Shown piece by piece: positions 28,854-39,568 of a stretch of DNA of 64,000 nucleotides. Within the stretch, counting starts at the first letter, position 1, and each line of letters begins with the position of its first letter. The notes below the pieces were generated by a model. It ran no database searches. It was not told the origin of the DNA and saw only the letters and a program-made list of their open reading frames with translations. Source of the DNA: an uncultured Parachlamydiaceae bacterium (GTDB taxonomy: Bacteria > Chlamydiota > Chlamydiia > Chlamydiales > Parachlamydiaceae); NCBI GenBank assembly GCA_963742415.1, contig CAVULX010000004.1:1088001-1152000 (forward strand). The letters run 5' to 3'. The position numbers were made by a program, and so were the translations under genes.

Positions 28854-29870
28854 TTAAATTTTTATTTCATACTTTTTATTTCCAACATTGTCTTTGAGAT
28901 AATTTTCAAAATTTCTAAAGGCGATTTTTTCTTGCAATTCAGACCCGATCCCTAACTCTTGCTGCCAAATCTGCATCACCTTGCCATAAATAGAAGAATT
29001 ATCAAAACCAGGAAAAAAAATCTCTTCGGGAGGTCTTCTATATTGAAGAGGGACATCATTCCCATAAAAAAAGTCAGCTCCAAAGCCAATAAAGTGTTCC
29101 CCGCCAAGCTTCAATGCATGCTCTAGCTGCTTAGCAAAAAAAACGGGGTCGGTGGAAAAGACGCCGACAAAATAACGGACAAAGTTGAACCCTATGATCC
29201 CCTTCCTTCTATAAATCTCCAAAACCAATTCATCAGGCAAATTGCGCGGGACGTCTGCCACCGCCCGCATATTTGAATGGCTAGCCATTACCCGGATGTC
29301 AAGTTTGCGGGAATCGATGTACTGGAGAATGTCAAAAGCCAAACTATCCGAAGCGTGGCTCAAATCAACAGCCACTTTTTTTTCATGCAGATAATCGAGA
29401 AGGACTCTGCCATCAGGCTTCAATCCAACATTTGTAAACGCTCCCCCTCCAAACCGATTTTCTTCATTCCATGTAAGGCTGATGTAGAGGAGCTTATGCG
29501 GCAAAAAGAACGTTTCCAGTCTTATTAAACTTTGTTCCAGTGGCTCTGTTTCCTCGCTAAAAGAGGATCCGTTCTCTAGAGCTAGCTTGATTTGAATCCC
29601 CTTTCGACTTTTGAAATCTCCCTCAAAAAGCTTAAATTGTTCAGGATATTGTTTGGGAAGAGAAGCAAAGACAGCGGCTTGTTTCATCCCGCTCTGAGAA
29701 GAATTTTTTGCAGTTTCAACAAACACAGGTAAAACCTGCAATTTAACATTCCCGGCAACCAGCTGCGGAAGAGCACACCTCACACATAAATCGTTAGCTG
29801 TACGAGAAGAATCCCCCGCTAAGTAACATAATAAATCAGCATGCAAGTCATAGACAGGCGCGTTTAACAT
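28854..29870 (-). CDS. Membrane dipeptidase (peptidase M19)
   Basis: DLHAD, SLTWNEENRFGGG, VDLSHAS, ASHSN, PRNLPDE and GFGADF motifs. Confidence 0.9.
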   Translation of the reverse strand: MLNAPVYDLHADLLCYLAGDSSRTANDLCVRCALPQLVAGNVKLQVLPVFVETAKNSSQSGMKQAAVFASLPKQYPEQFKLFEGDFKSRKGIQIKLALENGSSFSEETEPLEQSLIRLETFFLPHKLLYISLTWNEENRFGGGAFTNVGLKPDGRVLLDYLHEKKVAVDLSHASDSLAFDILQYIDSRKLDIRVMASHSNMRAVADVPRNLPDELVLEIYRRKGIIGFNFVRYFVGVFSTDPVFFAKQLEHALKLGGEHFIGFGADFFYGNDVPLQYRRPPEEIFFPGFDNSSIYGKVMQIWQQELGIGSELQEKIAFRNFENYLKDNVGNKKYEIKI

Positions 29871-29895
29871 ATCCTTATCCTAATTTTCCTTTATC

Positions 29896-31383
29896 TTGAG
29901 CTTTGAATTGGTTAAGATGAGCACAAATAACCAAGGGGAAATTTTGTTTTCAAATCTAATTTTTTTGATCATTCTTTTATTTCTGATCAACATATCACCG
30001 GAATTTACTACGGATGTTTTGCCATTTTCTCCTTTCATCCGCGGTTTGATAAGCCTAGGGATCTACGCCGGCCTGCTTAGTTTTATTGTTTTGCAAAATT
30101 TCCTATCGAAAGCCTTGAATTTATTTTCCAAAAATACCCTTTCCGTTCTCGTTAATCTGGAATTGATCGTTTTTTTTACCGTATACTATATCATTCTCGG
30201 AGGGAATAATCTTTTCAATTCATTTTTTCTAACCGATCTTCAATTTATTCCTATCGTCATTTCTTTATTTTTCTATTTTTTTGCCTTGGTTATCTTTCAT
30301 TATTCTTATTCGAAAATTTATTACGCCCCCTTCCCCTTCGCTAATGCCATTAAGCAAATTCGGCTCATCCTCCCTTTTGCCCTCCCTTTTTTGTTATTTA
30401 CGATCTTATTAGATCTTATTGTCAATATCCCCAACCAGTCGATCCAAAATTATCTCACCAACTATTCAGACACAACCCTAGGCACCCTTCTTTTGTTTTG
30501 CGGCACTCTCTTACTTATGGGACTTCTACTAGCCTTCCTGCCACCCTTAATCATCCGCATATGGCAATGCCGCCCCCTTTCTAATACAGCACTAAAGCAA
30601 CGCTTAGAAAAGCTTTGTGAAAAAGCCAGCTTCAAACATGGAGGGATGCTGGAATGGTCCATCCTCAATCAATCTTTGACAGCAGCGATTGTCGGCGTAG
30701 TTCCGCGCCTCCGCTATGTATTGTTCACAAAACGTCTTGAAGAGGAACTTAAACCCGAAGCCATCGAAGCGATTCTCGCTCATGAAATCGGCCACAGTCA
30801 ATGGCATCACCTTCTCATTTATCCTTTTATTTTTTTCGGCATGGTCGTTTCTTTAGGAATTTTTTCCCTGCTCTTTTCTGAAGCAACCCTGACTTGGTTT
30901 TCCATCCACTCTGAGCAAAATCCCTCACCATTCTGGATTATTCTTTACCCCGTCGTTGTATTTATTTCATTCGCCCTTTTCATTTGGTTCTATTTCCGGT
31001 ATGTTGTGGGCTTTTTCTCCCGGTTGTTTGAAAGGCAAGCCGACTTGCACGGATTCAGCCTGGGCTTGCCCCATCAGTCCATGGTTCAAGCTCTTGATGA
31101 TGTCGCCATCGCCACAGGCTTCACTCACATGATCCCAAACTGGCATCACTACAGCATTCAAGAGCGGATCGATTTTCTTCAGGCAGCTGCCAAGACCCCT
31201 TCTATGATCCAAGCTCACCACCGCCGTGTAAAACGGTATCTGTTTTTTTATTTTCTTTTGCTTGCAGCAAGCTCGTGGATGGTGTTTGCCCCAATTTTCC
31301 CCAATGTTTCTTTTTTCAAACAGACAAACAAAGAAATTTCCCGGCTGTCGTTTAAAATTTCCAAAATCATAAATTCACCTTGA
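29896..31383 (+). CDS. M48 family membrane zinc metalloprotease
   Basis: Multiple TM segments, AHEIGH (HEXXH), FERQAD and HYSIQERI; start uncertain. Confidence 0.88.
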   Translation: MSFELVKMSTNNQGEILFSNLIFLIILLFLINISPEFTTDVLPFSPFIRGLISLGIYAGLLSFIVLQNFLSKALNLFSKNTLSVLVNLELIVFFTVYYIILGGNNLFNSFFLTDLQFIPIVISLFFYFFALVIFHYSYSKIYYAPFPFANAIKQIRLILPFALPFLLFTILLDLIVNIPNQSIQNYLTNYSDTTLGTLLLFCGTLLLMGLLLAFLPPLIIRIWQCRPLSNTALKQRLEKLCEKASFKHGGMLEWSILNQSLTAAIVGVVPRLRYVLFTKRLEEELKPEAIEAILAHEIGHSQWHHLLIYPFIFFGMVVSLGIFSLLFSEATLTWFSIHSEQNPSPFWIILYPVVVFISFALFIWFYFRYVVGFFSRLFERQADLHGFSLGLPHQSMVQALDDVAIATGFTHMIPNWHHYSIQERIDFLQAAAKTPSMIQAHHRRVKRYLFFYFLLLAASSWMVFAPIFPNVSFFKQTNKEISRLSFKISKIINSP

Positions 31384-31398
31384 AATGCAGGAGTCTTC

Positions 31399-32781
31399 AT
31401 GGAAAAATTCAAAAAATATTATGAAAAAATCAAAGACAAGGCTTTAGAGGAATACTTCAAATTTCTCAAATTCGAAAGTATAAGCACCGATCCGGCCTTC
31501 AAATCTCAACTCCTAGCCTGTGCGGATTGGCTTGCTGACTACATAAAAAAAATCGGGTTTGACGTTGAGTTATGGCCCACTTCAGGAAATCCTGTCATTT
31601 TTGCTTCCAATCTAAAAGCAGGCCCTAATCACCCCACGCTGTTAATCTACAACCATTATGATGTCCAGCCGGTCGATCCCCTAGAATTGTGGAAGTCCCC
31701 TCCCTTCCAGCCCACCATGCGCCATGGAGAAGTTTATGCCCGTGGAGCCGAAGACAACAAAGGGCAATGCTTTTATGTCTTGCAAGCTTTAAAAGCTCTT
31801 TCAGAAATATCTCCAACTCTGCCTATTAACATTAAGCTCTGTATTGAAGGAGAGGAAGAAAGCGGCAGCGCAGGCCTCGCCAGTATCCTCGGCGACAAAC
31901 ACAGGCAGCAACAGCTCAAAGCCGATTATCTGGCTATCGTCGATATGGGATTGCGAAATAAACTTACCCCCGCAGTCACCTTGGGGGTCCGAGGCCTTGT
32001 CGCCATGGAGGTCCATGCCCAAGGATCTAACACCGATCTTCACTCCGGATCCCATGGCGGAATCGTATACAATCCCCTACGTGCCCTTGTCGAAATCTTA
32101 TCTAAGCTGCATGATGCAGAAGGCAAAGTCATGATCCCCGGTTTTTACGATTCCATTGTGGAATTCAGCCCTAAAGATAAATCTATAATCTCATTAGACT
32201 TTGATCCTTCTACATACGAGACCATGTTTGGCGCAAAAGCCACCGGGGGAGAAAAAAAGTACTCCCCCTTGGAGCGTGCTTGGATTCGGCCGACTCTTGA
32301 AATTAATGGGATCACCGGAGGGTATGGAGGTCCCGGATTTAAAACAGTCATCCCCTCCCGAGCGACTGCAAAAATTTCCTGCCGCTTAGTTCCAAACCAA
32401 GATCCAAAAAATATCGGAAACCTCGTCGCAAACCACATTATGAAATTGACGCCGGATGGGATCAAGCTGGAAGTAAATATTTTAAAGGGAGGAGGGAAAG
32501 CAATTCGAGCCAATCCCTCTTCGCCTGTAGTGAAAGCTTTTGCTAAAGCCTATGAAGAACTCTTCCAAAAACCTTGCGAGTATATTTTTGATGGGGGGTC
32601 TATTCCGATCGTGACCGAACTTGCCGATGCGAGCCATAGCGAAGTTATCCTTTTGGGTTTTGGATTGCCAGATGATTGCATCCATGCACCCAATGAACAT
32701 TTTGGGATCGATCGCCTAGAAAAAGGGTTCTTGATGATGTGCCGCGCAATTGAATTGCTCAATAGCGCTCAGGAACTTTAG
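31399..32781 (+). CDS. M20 family dipeptidase
   Basis: YNHYDVQP, ARGAEDNKGQ, EGEEESGS, DLHSG and HAPNE motifs. Confidence 0.93.
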   Translation: MEKFKKYYEKIKDKALEEYFKFLKFESISTDPAFKSQLLACADWLADYIKKIGFDVELWPTSGNPVIFASNLKAGPNHPTLLIYNHYDVQPVDPLELWKSPPFQPTMRHGEVYARGAEDNKGQCFYVLQALKALSEISPTLPINIKLCIEGEEESGSAGLASILGDKHRQQQLKADYLAIVDMGLRNKLTPAVTLGVRGLVAMEVHAQGSNTDLHSGSHGGIVYNPLRALVEILSKLHDAEGKVMIPGFYDSIVEFSPKDKSIISLDFDPSTYETMFGAKATGGEKKYSPLERAWIRPTLEINGITGGYGGPGFKTVIPSRATAKISCRLVPNQDPKNIGNLVANHIMKLTPDGIKLEVNILKGGGKAIRANPSSPVVKAFAKAYEELFQKPCEYIFDGGSIPIVTELADASHSEVILLGFGLPDDCIHAPNEHFGIDRLEKGFLMMCRAIELLNSAQEL

Positions 32782-32891
32782 TTTTATCCACCACAAGGCG
32801 CAAAGGTACAGAGAAAGGGGATATGTTCTATAGGTGCTCAATTGCGCATAAATCTTGAATTTGATAGCTTGATGATTCAAAACATACTGAG

Positions 32892-34370
32892 GTGACATTT
32901 ATGTTCCATCCTTCCATTCTAACAAAATTTTTCTCTAGGATGATCTCGTCTTTCATTTTCACAACAACCCTACTGACACTTCCTTTAACTGCAGCCCTTA
33001 GTGAATCGAATTCAAATAGTCCATCATCACAAGAAGCTAGAGACTTTCGGGATGTAGCAAAAACCGCCACTCCGGCTGTCGTTTCCATCAAAGTCGAAGG
33101 GACCCAAAAACAATCTTCCTGGTCTTCCGGCGATGATGAAAACGGGAATGGAAATTTGTTTAATGAAGATTTTTTGCAAAAATTTTTCGGTTTGCAAAAA
33201 CGGCAAAATGAGCCTCAAACTGTTGCAGGGCAAGCTTCAGGATTTATCATTTCGCCCGACGGTTACATCTTGACAAATAGCCACGTCGTAAAAGGGATGA
33301 GTGAGATTATCGTCACCACCAACGACGGCAAAGAATATCGCGCTAAAGTCATCGGGATGGATCCTAACACCGATGTGGCTGTAATTAAAATCGAAGCTAA
33401 AGATCTCCCCTACCTCAAATTCGGCAACTCTGACAACTTAGAGGTCGGCCAATGGGTTGTTGCCATCGGGACCCCGCTCGGACTTCAAGCCTCGTTAACA
33501 GCAGGCGTCGTGAGTGCCAAAGGGCGCAATAACCTCGACATCTCCGGCATTGAAGATTACATACAAACAGACGCTGCCATTAATCGCGGCAACTCCGGTG
33601 GCCCTCTCCTTAACCTTAATTCAGAAGTAGTCGGAATGAATACGGCCATCGTCACCAATATGGCTACAGGTGGCTATATGGGAATCGGATTTGCTATTCC
33701 TAGCAACTTATTGAAGAGAGTCATGGAAGATCTAAAAAAAGATGGATCCTTTAAACGGGGCTTCCTCGGAGTTGCTCTTCAATCCGTCGATGAAAATTTA
33801 GCCCAGTCTTTTGGTCTTGCAAATACAAATGGAGCCCTTGTTGCAGAGGTGTCCAAAGGATCCCCGGCAGAGAAAGGGGGGATCAAACAAGGGGATATCA
33901 TCCTAAAATATAATGATCAGACCGTCACCAATATTGGGGCATTGCGCAATGCAGTATCCATGATCAAGCCAGGCTCTAAGATTATCTTGTCTATTTTAAG
34001 GAATGGCAAACCCATAGAGCTTTCGGTTGAAGTCGGCCTCTTCCCTAGTTCAGAAACGGTCGCAACTAATACTTCTTCCTCCAAAGATAACAAACTGGGT
34101 ATCGAAGTAGAGAATTTGTCCTCTGAACTTGCTGACAAGCTCGGATATACAAATGAAAAAGGGGTTGTAATTACAAACGTTGACCTCCAAGGGCCTATTG
34201 CTTGGGCAGGGGTCAAAAAAGGGGCTTTAATTTTAGAGATCAACAAACAAAAAGTAACCAATATCGATGAGTTTAATAAGAGCTTGAAGCAAATTGACAA
34301 TAGCAAACCTATCCTTTTGCTCATTAAACAAGGAGATGTGACGCGCTTTGTTTCCTTTAAAATAGGATAA
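32892..34370 (+). CDS. htrA: HtrA/DegP serine protease with two PDZ domains
   Basis: TNSHVV, DVAVIKI, IQTDAAINRGNSGGPL, two PDZ-like domains and a signal peptide; start uncertain. Confidence 0.93.
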   Translation: MTFMFHPSILTKFFSRMISSFIFTTTLLTLPLTAALSESNSNSPSSQEARDFRDVAKTATPAVVSIKVEGTQKQSSWSSGDDENGNGNLFNEDFLQKFFGLQKRQNEPQTVAGQASGFIISPDGYILTNSHVVKGMSEIIVTTNDGKEYRAKVIGMDPNTDVAVIKIEAKDLPYLKFGNSDNLEVGQWVVAIGTPLGLQASLTAGVVSAKGRNNLDISGIEDYIQTDAAINRGNSGGPLLNLNSEVVGMNTAIVTNMATGGYMGIGFAIPSNLLKRVMEDLKKDGSFKRGFLGVALQSVDENLAQSFGLANTNGALVAEVSKGSPAEKGGIKQGDIILKYNDQTVTNIGALRNAVSMIKPGSKIILSILRNGKPIELSVEVGLFPSSETVATNTSSSKDNKLGIEVENLSSELADKLGYTNEKGVVITNVDLQGPIAWAGVKKGALILEINKQKVTNIDEFNKSLKQIDNSKPILLLIKQGDVTRFVSFKIG

Positions 34371-34377
34371 GCGATGC

Positions 34378-35784
34378 ATGGAAATTTTGATCATTACAAC
34401 GAATTCAATTGCTCAAGGAGCTTTTTGGCATCGCCATTTTGATCTCCTGTCGCAATCTTTTCCCTCTCGAGATCAAATGATTTTGATCATCTATGAAGAT
34501 TGGAATGGGGGGGCCGGCAATGGGCTAGGATCGTTGTATTGCTATCAAAAAGCTCGAACCGCAGCCTTGAAAAAATATCAAATAGATATTCTCGACAAGC
34601 AAAAGCAAGGTGCATCTGTGGTCATGTATCATACAGCCGGCCAAGGGACGCGCCTTGCTCCACTCACCTGCAGCGAACACAATAACAAATCCGCTGTCAA
34701 ATTGCCCGGGATTATTGCCAACAGCTCCATTTATACAATTCTAGATGCGATTATCAAACAAACTTCACAATACATCCCTCATAAAGAAGGAAGATTTTCC
34801 GTCTTTTGGGGAGATCAAGTTTTCCTCCCTGCCAAAACTTTATCGAGTTCTTTTAACCACCATGCATGTCTTCTATCACGAAGCCTAGCAATGCCCTCTG
34901 AAAAAGAATGGGTAGACTTGCATTTTGATGCCTATGGATTGATAGCTTCAAACGGTAACAACGAACCTCATATTTTAGATAAATGTTCCTATCCGGCAGT
35001 TCTTAAACTTATTCAAGAAAAAAAAATTTGTATCGAAAACGGGATTGGGCAAAGTTTGGGAAGCTTCAGCCTTTCATTTCCTTTGACACAAGCCCTGCTA
35101 GAACTCTTTAAAAAAGAATTAGAGCAAAAAACCGAAAAATGGGACACCGACCCTTTTTTCTGGATGCCCACAACATTGGATGAAAACACCTATCTCTCCA
35201 TCATGCAAGCCAAAAAATGCCCTGAACATGTAGTTAAAGCTCATTATCAGCGAATGCAAAAATTCAAAAAATCTTTCTGTTCCCAATTTCCCGACTCCCC
35301 CTATTTCAGCGTCGTGGATATCGGCAAAGAAGGGTATTGGTGGGATTATGGTACTTTGGAAAACTACTTTAAAAATATCCTGAAGCTTTGTGGAACAACC
35401 CCGGAGGGGGAAACAATGAGAGATTTCTTCAATGTGCCTCTCGGTTCAAATTCCTCCTGCCTCATGAACTGCGAAATCGGCAATGGCCGCATCGAAAATA
35501 GCATCTTGGTTAACGTGAAGGCAGCATCTTTGGATGTAAAAAATTGTGTGATCATCAACTCCAAGCTAAACACATTAAAGGGCAACCAATCCCTCATTTA
35601 TAACGTCCAAGAAACTTCCCCCATAACCCTAGAATCCAACACTGTCCGCGCCGATGTGTCAACGCAGGATCAATATTTTAAAATGTATACAAAATTAGAA
35701 CGGGATGGCAACACAGATTGGACCATCCGCCTCCCCGGCAACCCCCTCTCTTACGAAGAACTCTCCCTCATCAACTCAGGTTAG
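34378..35784 (+). CDS. Uncharacterised nucleotidyltransferase-like protein
   Basis: HTAGQGTRLAPL...NNKSAVKLP resembles the GxGTRLxPL...K sugar-nucleotidyltransferase motif; WGDQ, YWWDYG and a beta-helix-like tail. Confidence 0.55.
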   Translation: MEILIITTNSIAQGAFWHRHFDLLSQSFPSRDQMILIIYEDWNGGAGNGLGSLYCYQKARTAALKKYQIDILDKQKQGASVVMYHTAGQGTRLAPLTCSEHNNKSAVKLPGIIANSSIYTILDAIIKQTSQYIPHKEGRFSVFWGDQVFLPAKTLSSSFNHHACLLSRSLAMPSEKEWVDLHFDAYGLIASNGNNEPHILDKCSYPAVLKLIQEKKICIENGIGQSLGSFSLSFPLTQALLELFKKELEQKTEKWDTDPFFWMPTTLDENTYLSIMQAKKCPEHVVKAHYQRMQKFKKSFCSQFPDSPYFSVVDIGKEGYWWDYGTLENYFKNILKLCGTTPEGETMRDFFNVPLGSNSSCLMNCEIGNGRIENSILVNVKAASLDVKNCVIINSKLNTLKGNQSLIYNVQETSPITLESNTVRADVSTQDQYFKMYTKLERDGNTDWTIRLPGNPLSYEELSLINSG

Positions 35785-35848
35785 TTTGATTAATTCTTGT
35801 GTAAGATCAGTGTCTTCTCTATGCTATGAAATTATTTGAGGGGTGGTT

Positions 35849-36598
35849 ATGCAAAATAAACTCAAAGGTAAAGTCGCCCTTGTAAGTGGGGGCTCTCGAG
35901 GCATTGGAGCCGCCATTGCAAAAAGATTGGCTCTCGAAGGCGCCGATGTTGCCATAAGCTACATGACCTCTGGGGATAAAGCAGAAGCAATTGTTAAAGA
36001 AATGAAGAAAAATGGGGTTCGTGCAGCCGCGTTCAAAGCCGATCAATCCAACCTTGCACAAGCCGAAGAGTTAGTAAAGAATGTCATCAAACAATTCGGC
36101 CATCTCGACATTCTCGTCAATAACGCGGGTGTCTTCGTCGGAGGAGCTATCGATGACCCTTCCGTAGATATTTCCGCTTTGCAACGGCAACAAGCCATCA
36201 ACGTCAATGGTGTCGTTGCAACAGTACGCACAGCCGTTAAGCACATGGGTGAAGGGGGAAGAATTATTTTGATCGGTTCCTGCCTTGGCGAAAGGGTCCC
36301 CTACGCAGCTGCAGCCGACTACAGTGCAACAAAAGCTGCGTTAATTGGCTATGCTCATGGATGGGCAAGGGATCTAGGAAAAAAAAATATCACTGTGAAT
36401 GTTGTCCAGCCTGGCCATATTGACACAGACATGAATCCTTCCAGCTCAGAATTTGCTGCTACAATGATTAAATTAGTCCCCCTCGGACGCTATGGCAAAG
36501 CAGAAGAGGTGGCCTCTGCGGTAGCTTTTCTCGCTAGCCCCGAAGCTTCCTATATCACAGGGACGGCGCTAAACGTCGATGGGGGCATAAACGCATAG
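35849..36598 (+). CDS. SDR family oxidoreductase
   Basis: GGSRGIG, LVNNAG, YSATK and PGHIDTDM motifs. Confidence 0.93.
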   Translation: MQNKLKGKVALVSGGSRGIGAAIAKRLALEGADVAISYMTSGDKAEAIVKEMKKNGVRAAAFKADQSNLAQAEELVKNVIKQFGHLDILVNNAGVFVGGAIDDPSVDISALQRQQAINVNGVVATVRTAVKHMGEGGRIILIGSCLGERVPYAAAADYSATKAALIGYAHGWARDLGKKNITVNVVQPGHIDTDMNPSSSEFAATMIKLVPLGRYGKAEEVASAVAFLASPEASYITGTALNVDGGINA

Positions 36599-36606
36599 AG
36601 CCTGAC

Positions 36607-38202
36607 ATGCGAGACAGCACCGGAACCATTTTAAGTTCAGCCAAACGATTTCTATCGGGCACCCTCCTCAGCAGAATCACAGGGTTGTTGCGCGATATTG
36701 TCATGGCCAGCGCATTTGGCACCCAAGAGGCGATTGCCGCTTTTCTTGTCGCCTTCCGCTTTGCCCACCTTTTGCGCCGCCTTCTTGGCGAAGGAGCCCT
36801 TCAGACAAGTTTCATTCCCCAATTCGAAAAACTGCGTCAAGACAATCCCGCTCGCGCTTGCACCTTTTTTAAAGATTTGACCGCCCTGCTTTCCCTATTC
36901 CTTGCTGTTTTTATCACCCTCGCTATGGCGGCCCTTTTTTATTTGTCTTCTTCAAACAGCATCAGCCCATCCAATTTGAACATTATCCACTTGACATTCC
37001 TCATGATGCCAAGCTTGCTTTTCATCTGTTTATACGGTCTCAACGCTTCCCTTCTTCAATGTGAAAGAAATTACTTTACAGCTGGCATTGCCCCGGTTGC
37101 CTTTAACGTCGTTTGGATCATTAGCCTCCTAGGCTTAAGGAACTTGAATTCTTCAGAGGCGATGCCGTGGCTTTCCCTCTTTATCGTCCTCGCTTGCGCA
37201 GCCCAATGGCTCGTCACGTTGCCTTTAACCCTAAAAATACTAAAAAAATACGCAACCCCCTTTCGTTGGAATGAAATCAAATTTTTTTCTGCTGATTTAA
37301 AGACTCTCCTTAAACCTTTTATCCTAGGCATTATAGGAATTTCCGCCTCCCAAGTTAACAATGCCCTCGATACTATTTTTGCCCGGTATGCTGATCTTGA
37401 AGGTCCCGCTTTTTTGTGGTATGCCATCCGTCTTCAACAACTCCCTTTAGCCCTTCTCGCCATTGCCGTTTCCAGTGCACTTCTTCCCCCCTTGGCTCGC
37501 GCTCATAAATCTGGGGATCCAGCGTCCTATAAACAATTTTTAGAATTCGCCATCCGCCGCAGCTTGAGCCTCATGATCCCCATAACGATCGGCATTTTTG
37601 TCGTTGGCGATACAGCCGTTAATTTTGTTTACGGACGAGGAGACTTTACTGTGGAATCCACGGTGGGGACCACCCAATGTCTTTGGGCTTACGGCTTTGG
37701 GCTTATCCCCATGACACTCGTACTCATTTTTAGCCCTGCTTTTTATGCCTTAGGCGATTATCGGACTCCAATGCAAGCCTCGGTAGCCTCAGTTTTGGTT
37801 AATATCTTACTTAACTTTGTTTTAGTCGTTAAACTCAACGCCGGAACCCCAAGCATTGCCTTGGCAACAAGCTTGAGTGCTTGGGTCAACTTGGGGATTC
37901 TCAGCTGGAAACTCAATTTGACTATTGATTCCTTTCTTTCCCCACAATTTTGGATCAAGATTGGAAAAACGGTACTGGCCTCTATCATGGGAGGCCTGGC
38001 TCTTGTTTTAGTCGATCAGGTCTGGCATGGAAGTCAAGCCTGGCAAATCTTGATTGGCCAATTGCCGGTCTATTCCCCCTCTTTCTTGGAACAAGCTCTT
38101 CGGCTGGCGCTCCAAGCTTCCGCTTTTGCCGGTGGGTTTGCGGTTGTAGTTTTCCTTCTTAAAGCAGATGACTTAAAGGGATTTATAACAAGAAAGATTT
38201 AG
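36607..38202 (+). CDS. murJ: Lipid II flippase MurJ/MviN
   Basis: SRITGLLRD, RRLLGEGAL, RLQQLPLAL, YGRGDF and FYALGDYRTP motifs. Confidence 0.95.
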   Translation: MRDSTGTILSSAKRFLSGTLLSRITGLLRDIVMASAFGTQEAIAAFLVAFRFAHLLRRLLGEGALQTSFIPQFEKLRQDNPARACTFFKDLTALLSLFLAVFITLAMAALFYLSSSNSISPSNLNIIHLTFLMMPSLLFICLYGLNASLLQCERNYFTAGIAPVAFNVVWIISLLGLRNLNSSEAMPWLSLFIVLACAAQWLVTLPLTLKILKKYATPFRWNEIKFFSADLKTLLKPFILGIIGISASQVNNALDTIFARYADLEGPAFLWYAIRLQQLPLALLAIAVSSALLPPLARAHKSGDPASYKQFLEFAIRRSLSLMIPITIGIFVVGDTAVNFVYGRGDFTVESTVGTTQCLWAYGFGLIPMTLVLIFSPAFYALGDYRTPMQASVASVLVNILLNFVLVVKLNAGTPSIALATSLSAWVNLGILSWKLNLTIDSFLSPQFWIKIGKTVLASIMGGLALVLVDQVWHGSQAWQILIGQLPVYSPSFLEQALRLALQASAFAGGFAVVVFLLKADDLKGFITRKI

Positions 38203-38254
38203 AAAGGATTAGGGACACTAGCGACATTGGAGAAACTAAGAACGCCAAGGGCGT

Positions 38255-38273
38255 CAAGCCGCCGCACTCCAAA
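38255..38273. repeat. Family F solo arm between convergent murJ and rpsD
   Basis: caagccgccgcactccaaa preceded by ggcgt, as at 56836-56860. Confidence 0.8.
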
Positions 38274-38304
38274 TGGAGCCTGAGGCCCTTGGTGGCCTTT
38301 TTGC

Positions 38305-38925
38305 TTAGGTCGTATGCGCTAAGAAGTCGCAAATTTCATGCATGTTAATCTCAATGGGCCATGGGAGCTGCTCAACCATGGGTTTGGCCAGCAATTGCCC
38401 GGAAAAGTTTCCGTGATCCGCACCGACATAGTCTGGCACATTGCGAACCGGACTTTCCATCGCATCTGTGACTTGCTTCATATTGCGCGACTTTTCTTTA
38501 ATAGAAATCACCATTCCGGGTTCAACTTGAAAGGCTCGGCGGTCCACTTTTTTTCCATTAACGAGAATATGACCATGGGACACGAGCTGATGAGCCGCAA
38601 AAATAGTCGGGGCAAGCTTCATCCTATAAACCATGTTGTCGAGGCGGCATTCTAGCATTTGACCTAACAACTCGACAGTGTTGCCTTGCATTCTTAATGC
38701 TTTTTTGAAATAGTTGACGAGTTGCTTCTCGGTCAACATCCCATACACGGCTTTCAACTTTTGCTTTTCCTCAAGCATCAAACCAAAATCGGACTTTTTA
38801 CGGCGGCGAGCACCATGCATCCCAGGTGGATTTGCTTTGTGCAGCAAGGGATTGCGTATACGGCCAAAAATATTAACACCAAAGCGGCGTGCAATACGGT
38901 TTTTATTGCCAATAAAACGTGACAT
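38305..38925 (-). CDS. rpsD: 30S ribosomal protein S4
   Basis: ARRFGVNIFG, PPGMHG, LEEKQKLK, LECRLDNMVYR and QLVSHGHILVNG. Confidence 0.97.
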   Translation of the reverse strand: MSRFIGNKNRIARRFGVNIFGRIRNPLLHKANPPGMHGARRRKKSDFGLMLEEKQKLKAVYGMLTEKQLVNYFKKALRMQGNTVELLGQMLECRLDNMVYRMKLAPTIFAAHQLVSHGHILVNGKKVDRRAFQVEPGMVISIKEKSRNMKQVTDAMESPVRNVPDYVGADHGNFSGQLLAKPMVEQLPWPIEINMHEICDFLAHTT

Positions 38926-39129
38926 TTGTTCTCCTAAAACTGAAATAACAAATAGGGATTATGTCATTCATTTCATTTTTGAACAAGGGAAAAGCACATC
39001 GACCAAAATTTCTCCCTTCCGGGCTGGATTCTTTTTACTTATACTTGCGAGTTTTTAAAATTTTTTATACTGTAAAATTAGAATAATTTTTTTATGAAAT
39101 TAACTCAATATTTTAAGGTTTAACTAATT

Positions 39130-39558
39130 ATGGCAGAAAAACCTCTCTTTATGCACGAAATGAATAAAGATCAGATGCTCTACCAATTGCTAAAGAAAGA
39201 ATATGGCTATTATAAAGCCATTCTAGAAATTGGCAAAGAAGAACATGAAAAGTTAAATTCAAATCAGCCTTTAAACGAGCTCAGGCCCTTGATCAAGAAA
39301 AAAAAGATCCTCCTCTCCTGCATCAATGAGATTGAAGCCGCTATGAATCCATTAAAAAAGTACTGGCAAGGGAAGGAAGATAGAACAGACGAAGTTTCCC
39401 AGAAAATCAGGCTTGAGTTGGATGTTTTAAATACTCTTTTAAAAGAAATTTTGCAACTCGACCTTCTCAGCCAAAAGACTTTAGAGAACCATTTATTGTT
39501 CTTGAGAGAAAAAAATAAAGCGATGGAATCCGCTGCGGCTTCGCAGAGGAAATCTTAA
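39130..39558 (+). CDS. Helical chlamydial conserved protein (CT466-like), first gene of the ctcBC operon
   Basis: LLKKEYGYYKAILE...IKKKKILLSCI; position upstream of the kinase/regulator pair. Confidence 0.6.
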   Translation: MAEKPLFMHEMNKDQMLYQLLKKEYGYYKAILEIGKEEHEKLNSNQPLNELRPLIKKKKILLSCINEIEAAMNPLKKYWQGKEDRTDEVSQKIRLELDVLNTLLKEILQLDLLSQKTLENHLLFLREKNKAMESAAASQRKS

Positions 39559-39568
39559 AAACAGGTTT

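Noticed and set aside
32790..32813. Family C-like fragments (accacaaggcgcaaaggtacagag; also ctctgtggttaa near 20962)
   Set aside because: Too short and degenerate, with no partner arm, to call as elements
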